A stretch of DNA of 63,001 nucleotides, counting the filler, from Choristocarpus tenellus KU-1152 (taxonomy: Eukaryota > Protista > Phaeophyceae), in assembly GCA_964200185.2 (NCBI GenBank). It is 10 parts of 10 records of this genome, joined end to end, with 100 filler letters (N's around TTAATTAATTAA, not from the genome) between each part and the next. Parts side by side here need not be neighbours in the genome. Positions count along the whole stretch, not along the records: positions 57,140 to 63,001 come from CAXNAD020009561.1; 9 more parts are not named here. One strand, written 5' to 3'. The position numbers were made by a program, and so were the translations under genes. Of the stretch, positions 61,520 to 63,001 are shown piece by piece (the first letter of the stretch is position 1; every line of letters begins with the position of its first letter). A model generated the notes under the pieces. It was not told the origin of the DNA. It ran no database searches and saw nothing but the letters and a program-made list of their open reading frames with translations.

Positions 61520-62961
61520 CATGTACCATCATCAATAGTATTTTTCGTAGTCATCATATACCGTCGACTAAACCGAAACCTGTTTTTCATACTGGTTGGC
61601 AAATCCATGGGCCAGCAATGGACGTGTGCATGCTTAGGGTATAGGATGAAATATCAAAGTGGTTTACTGAACTACCATATATATATTTAATCGTACTCCA
61701 GAACATACAAACGTTTGGTATACACTGTGTAACTTAGTACCATCTCAAGTGCACAGAATCAATTATGCATTGACATCACTTCACTTTCTTGTTTGGGTAG
61801 GTGTCTACAAGTGTGTGTGACATTCCGGTGGCACATTTAAAGTAAACCAGTATCAAATGCTGCAAGGAAAACATGGGGGAGTCTTTCTACCACTTTGAAT
61901 TAGTTCCAACAGTATTCCTTTCGAAAGTAGAGTAACGATTTTGTGAGTGCTGAAGATCAGGTACTCCCAGAGTAGCTGCTGTTACATGTCCTTTTTTCTC
62001 TTTAGCACATATGTTAGCTTTTCGTCAATATCAGGCACTTTATTTAGGCGTGTGGAAATATTTTCTATCGCCCCTATTCACAAAAAAAACACGTATACCA
62101 CGACAACTTCAGCTTGCGCCTCAATAGACTATAGCCCCATCGTCTCCTCCAAGTCAAAACAGGAACTGGGGCCGCTACGAGAAATTGCGCTACAAAAAAT
62201 GAGCAAATTTTGCCCACATCAACTAGCTATTCTCCCGCCATGTGAGGTTTCTTATTTCTGTTGTGGTCCAGGTGGTCCCAGTAGATTCTGTTGAAATTGC
62301 TTCAGAGGGTTTGGTATCTGTTGAAGCTGGTCGGTTTGCTGCGGCTGATGTTCGTTCATATGTTGACTGTAAGGTAAGGGGGGGTACTGCATCGACATGG
62401 AACGCTGCGTGAATTCCTGCTTCCGTTGCCTCTGACCAATGGTACCATGGGGACGAGGGTTGAAGGACAGTGTCGTTTTGCGCGACAAGGAGTTAACCAG
62501 AAACGAATGCGCCTGGTCAAGCAGGGTGGGCAGAGCATGCACCGAGTGCCAAAGTAAGATATCATGTCGCGTTTGTGCATTGCACTGGTCTTTACATTTC
62601 CGTTAATTCCTTCCCCATGGTCGAATATATGAAGGATAGGTACAGCTGCGCATTTAGTACTGGTCATATATATGATGGACAAGCACAGCTGCTCATTTAG
62701 TACTGGCAAAAGCAAGAGAGAGAACACAGTAGCTGCCATTGATGTCAAAGTCACAACCAAGTACTCCACCAGCAAAAAGGTGTAACCAACAACTTAAAAG
62801 AAATCTGATTTCACTCATGAAAAAAAGGCACGTAGCTCATAGTCTTTAGCAAGACCACAACACTCTATTAACAACACAAGCCACGGATAATGAAGTGAGT
62901 TTAAGACAAGCTCCTATTCAGAGTACTTGTAACTCTTACTCTGTGTAGACGGAAGTTTGTT

Positions 62962-63001
62962 GGCTCAAAGTATCTGGGGGAGGTGGTGGCTGTCCATTTG
63001 G
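62962..63001 (+). mobile_element. MITE family A left end
   Basis: ggctcaaagtatctgggggaggtggtggctgtccatttgg. Confidence 0.85.

Noticed and set aside
62252-62775. Gln/Pro-rich minus-strand ORFs
   Set aside because: No recognisable domain or convincing splice structure.
1-63001. tRNA, rRNA or snRNA genes
   Set aside because: No cloverleaf, T-loop or rRNA signature found by eye; a tRNAscan-SE/Infernal run would be needed to exclude them.

Overview
Eukaryotic, transposon-dense DNA, most likely a brown alga or close stramenopile relative. This is an inference from TTAGGG repeats, long introns, a ciliary CEP290-like exon and a plastid-type aspartate kinase. The window is not continuous: it is about ten short contigs joined by nine artificial ~100-nt N-TTAATTAATTAA-N linkers, so adjacency across linkers is unproven. 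Host genes are seen only as partial exon sets: the 3' part of a PPR protein (+), three ACT-domain exons of an aspartate kinase (-, one GC-AG intron), the last exon of a CEP290 homologue (+), and two coiled-coil-like exons. Mobile DNA dominates: a two-LTR Ty1/copia with a 5-bp TSD, a chromodomain Ty3/gypsy nested in a mariner, other copia/hAT/mariner/IS630-like relics, and about 17 copies of a related group of short TIR elements (MITEs) with variable 3-bp TSDs. I cannot demonstrate a new biological system. The best leads are: (1) frequent short TTAGGG insertions, including one unit inserted in register into the copia RT motif KARLVA; (2) a tandem array of SUMO-interacting-type IDLT motifs in the copia integrase C-terminal region; (3) an intron-containing ParB/Srx-domain gene beside transposon-like terminal repeats; (4) the MITE group itself.
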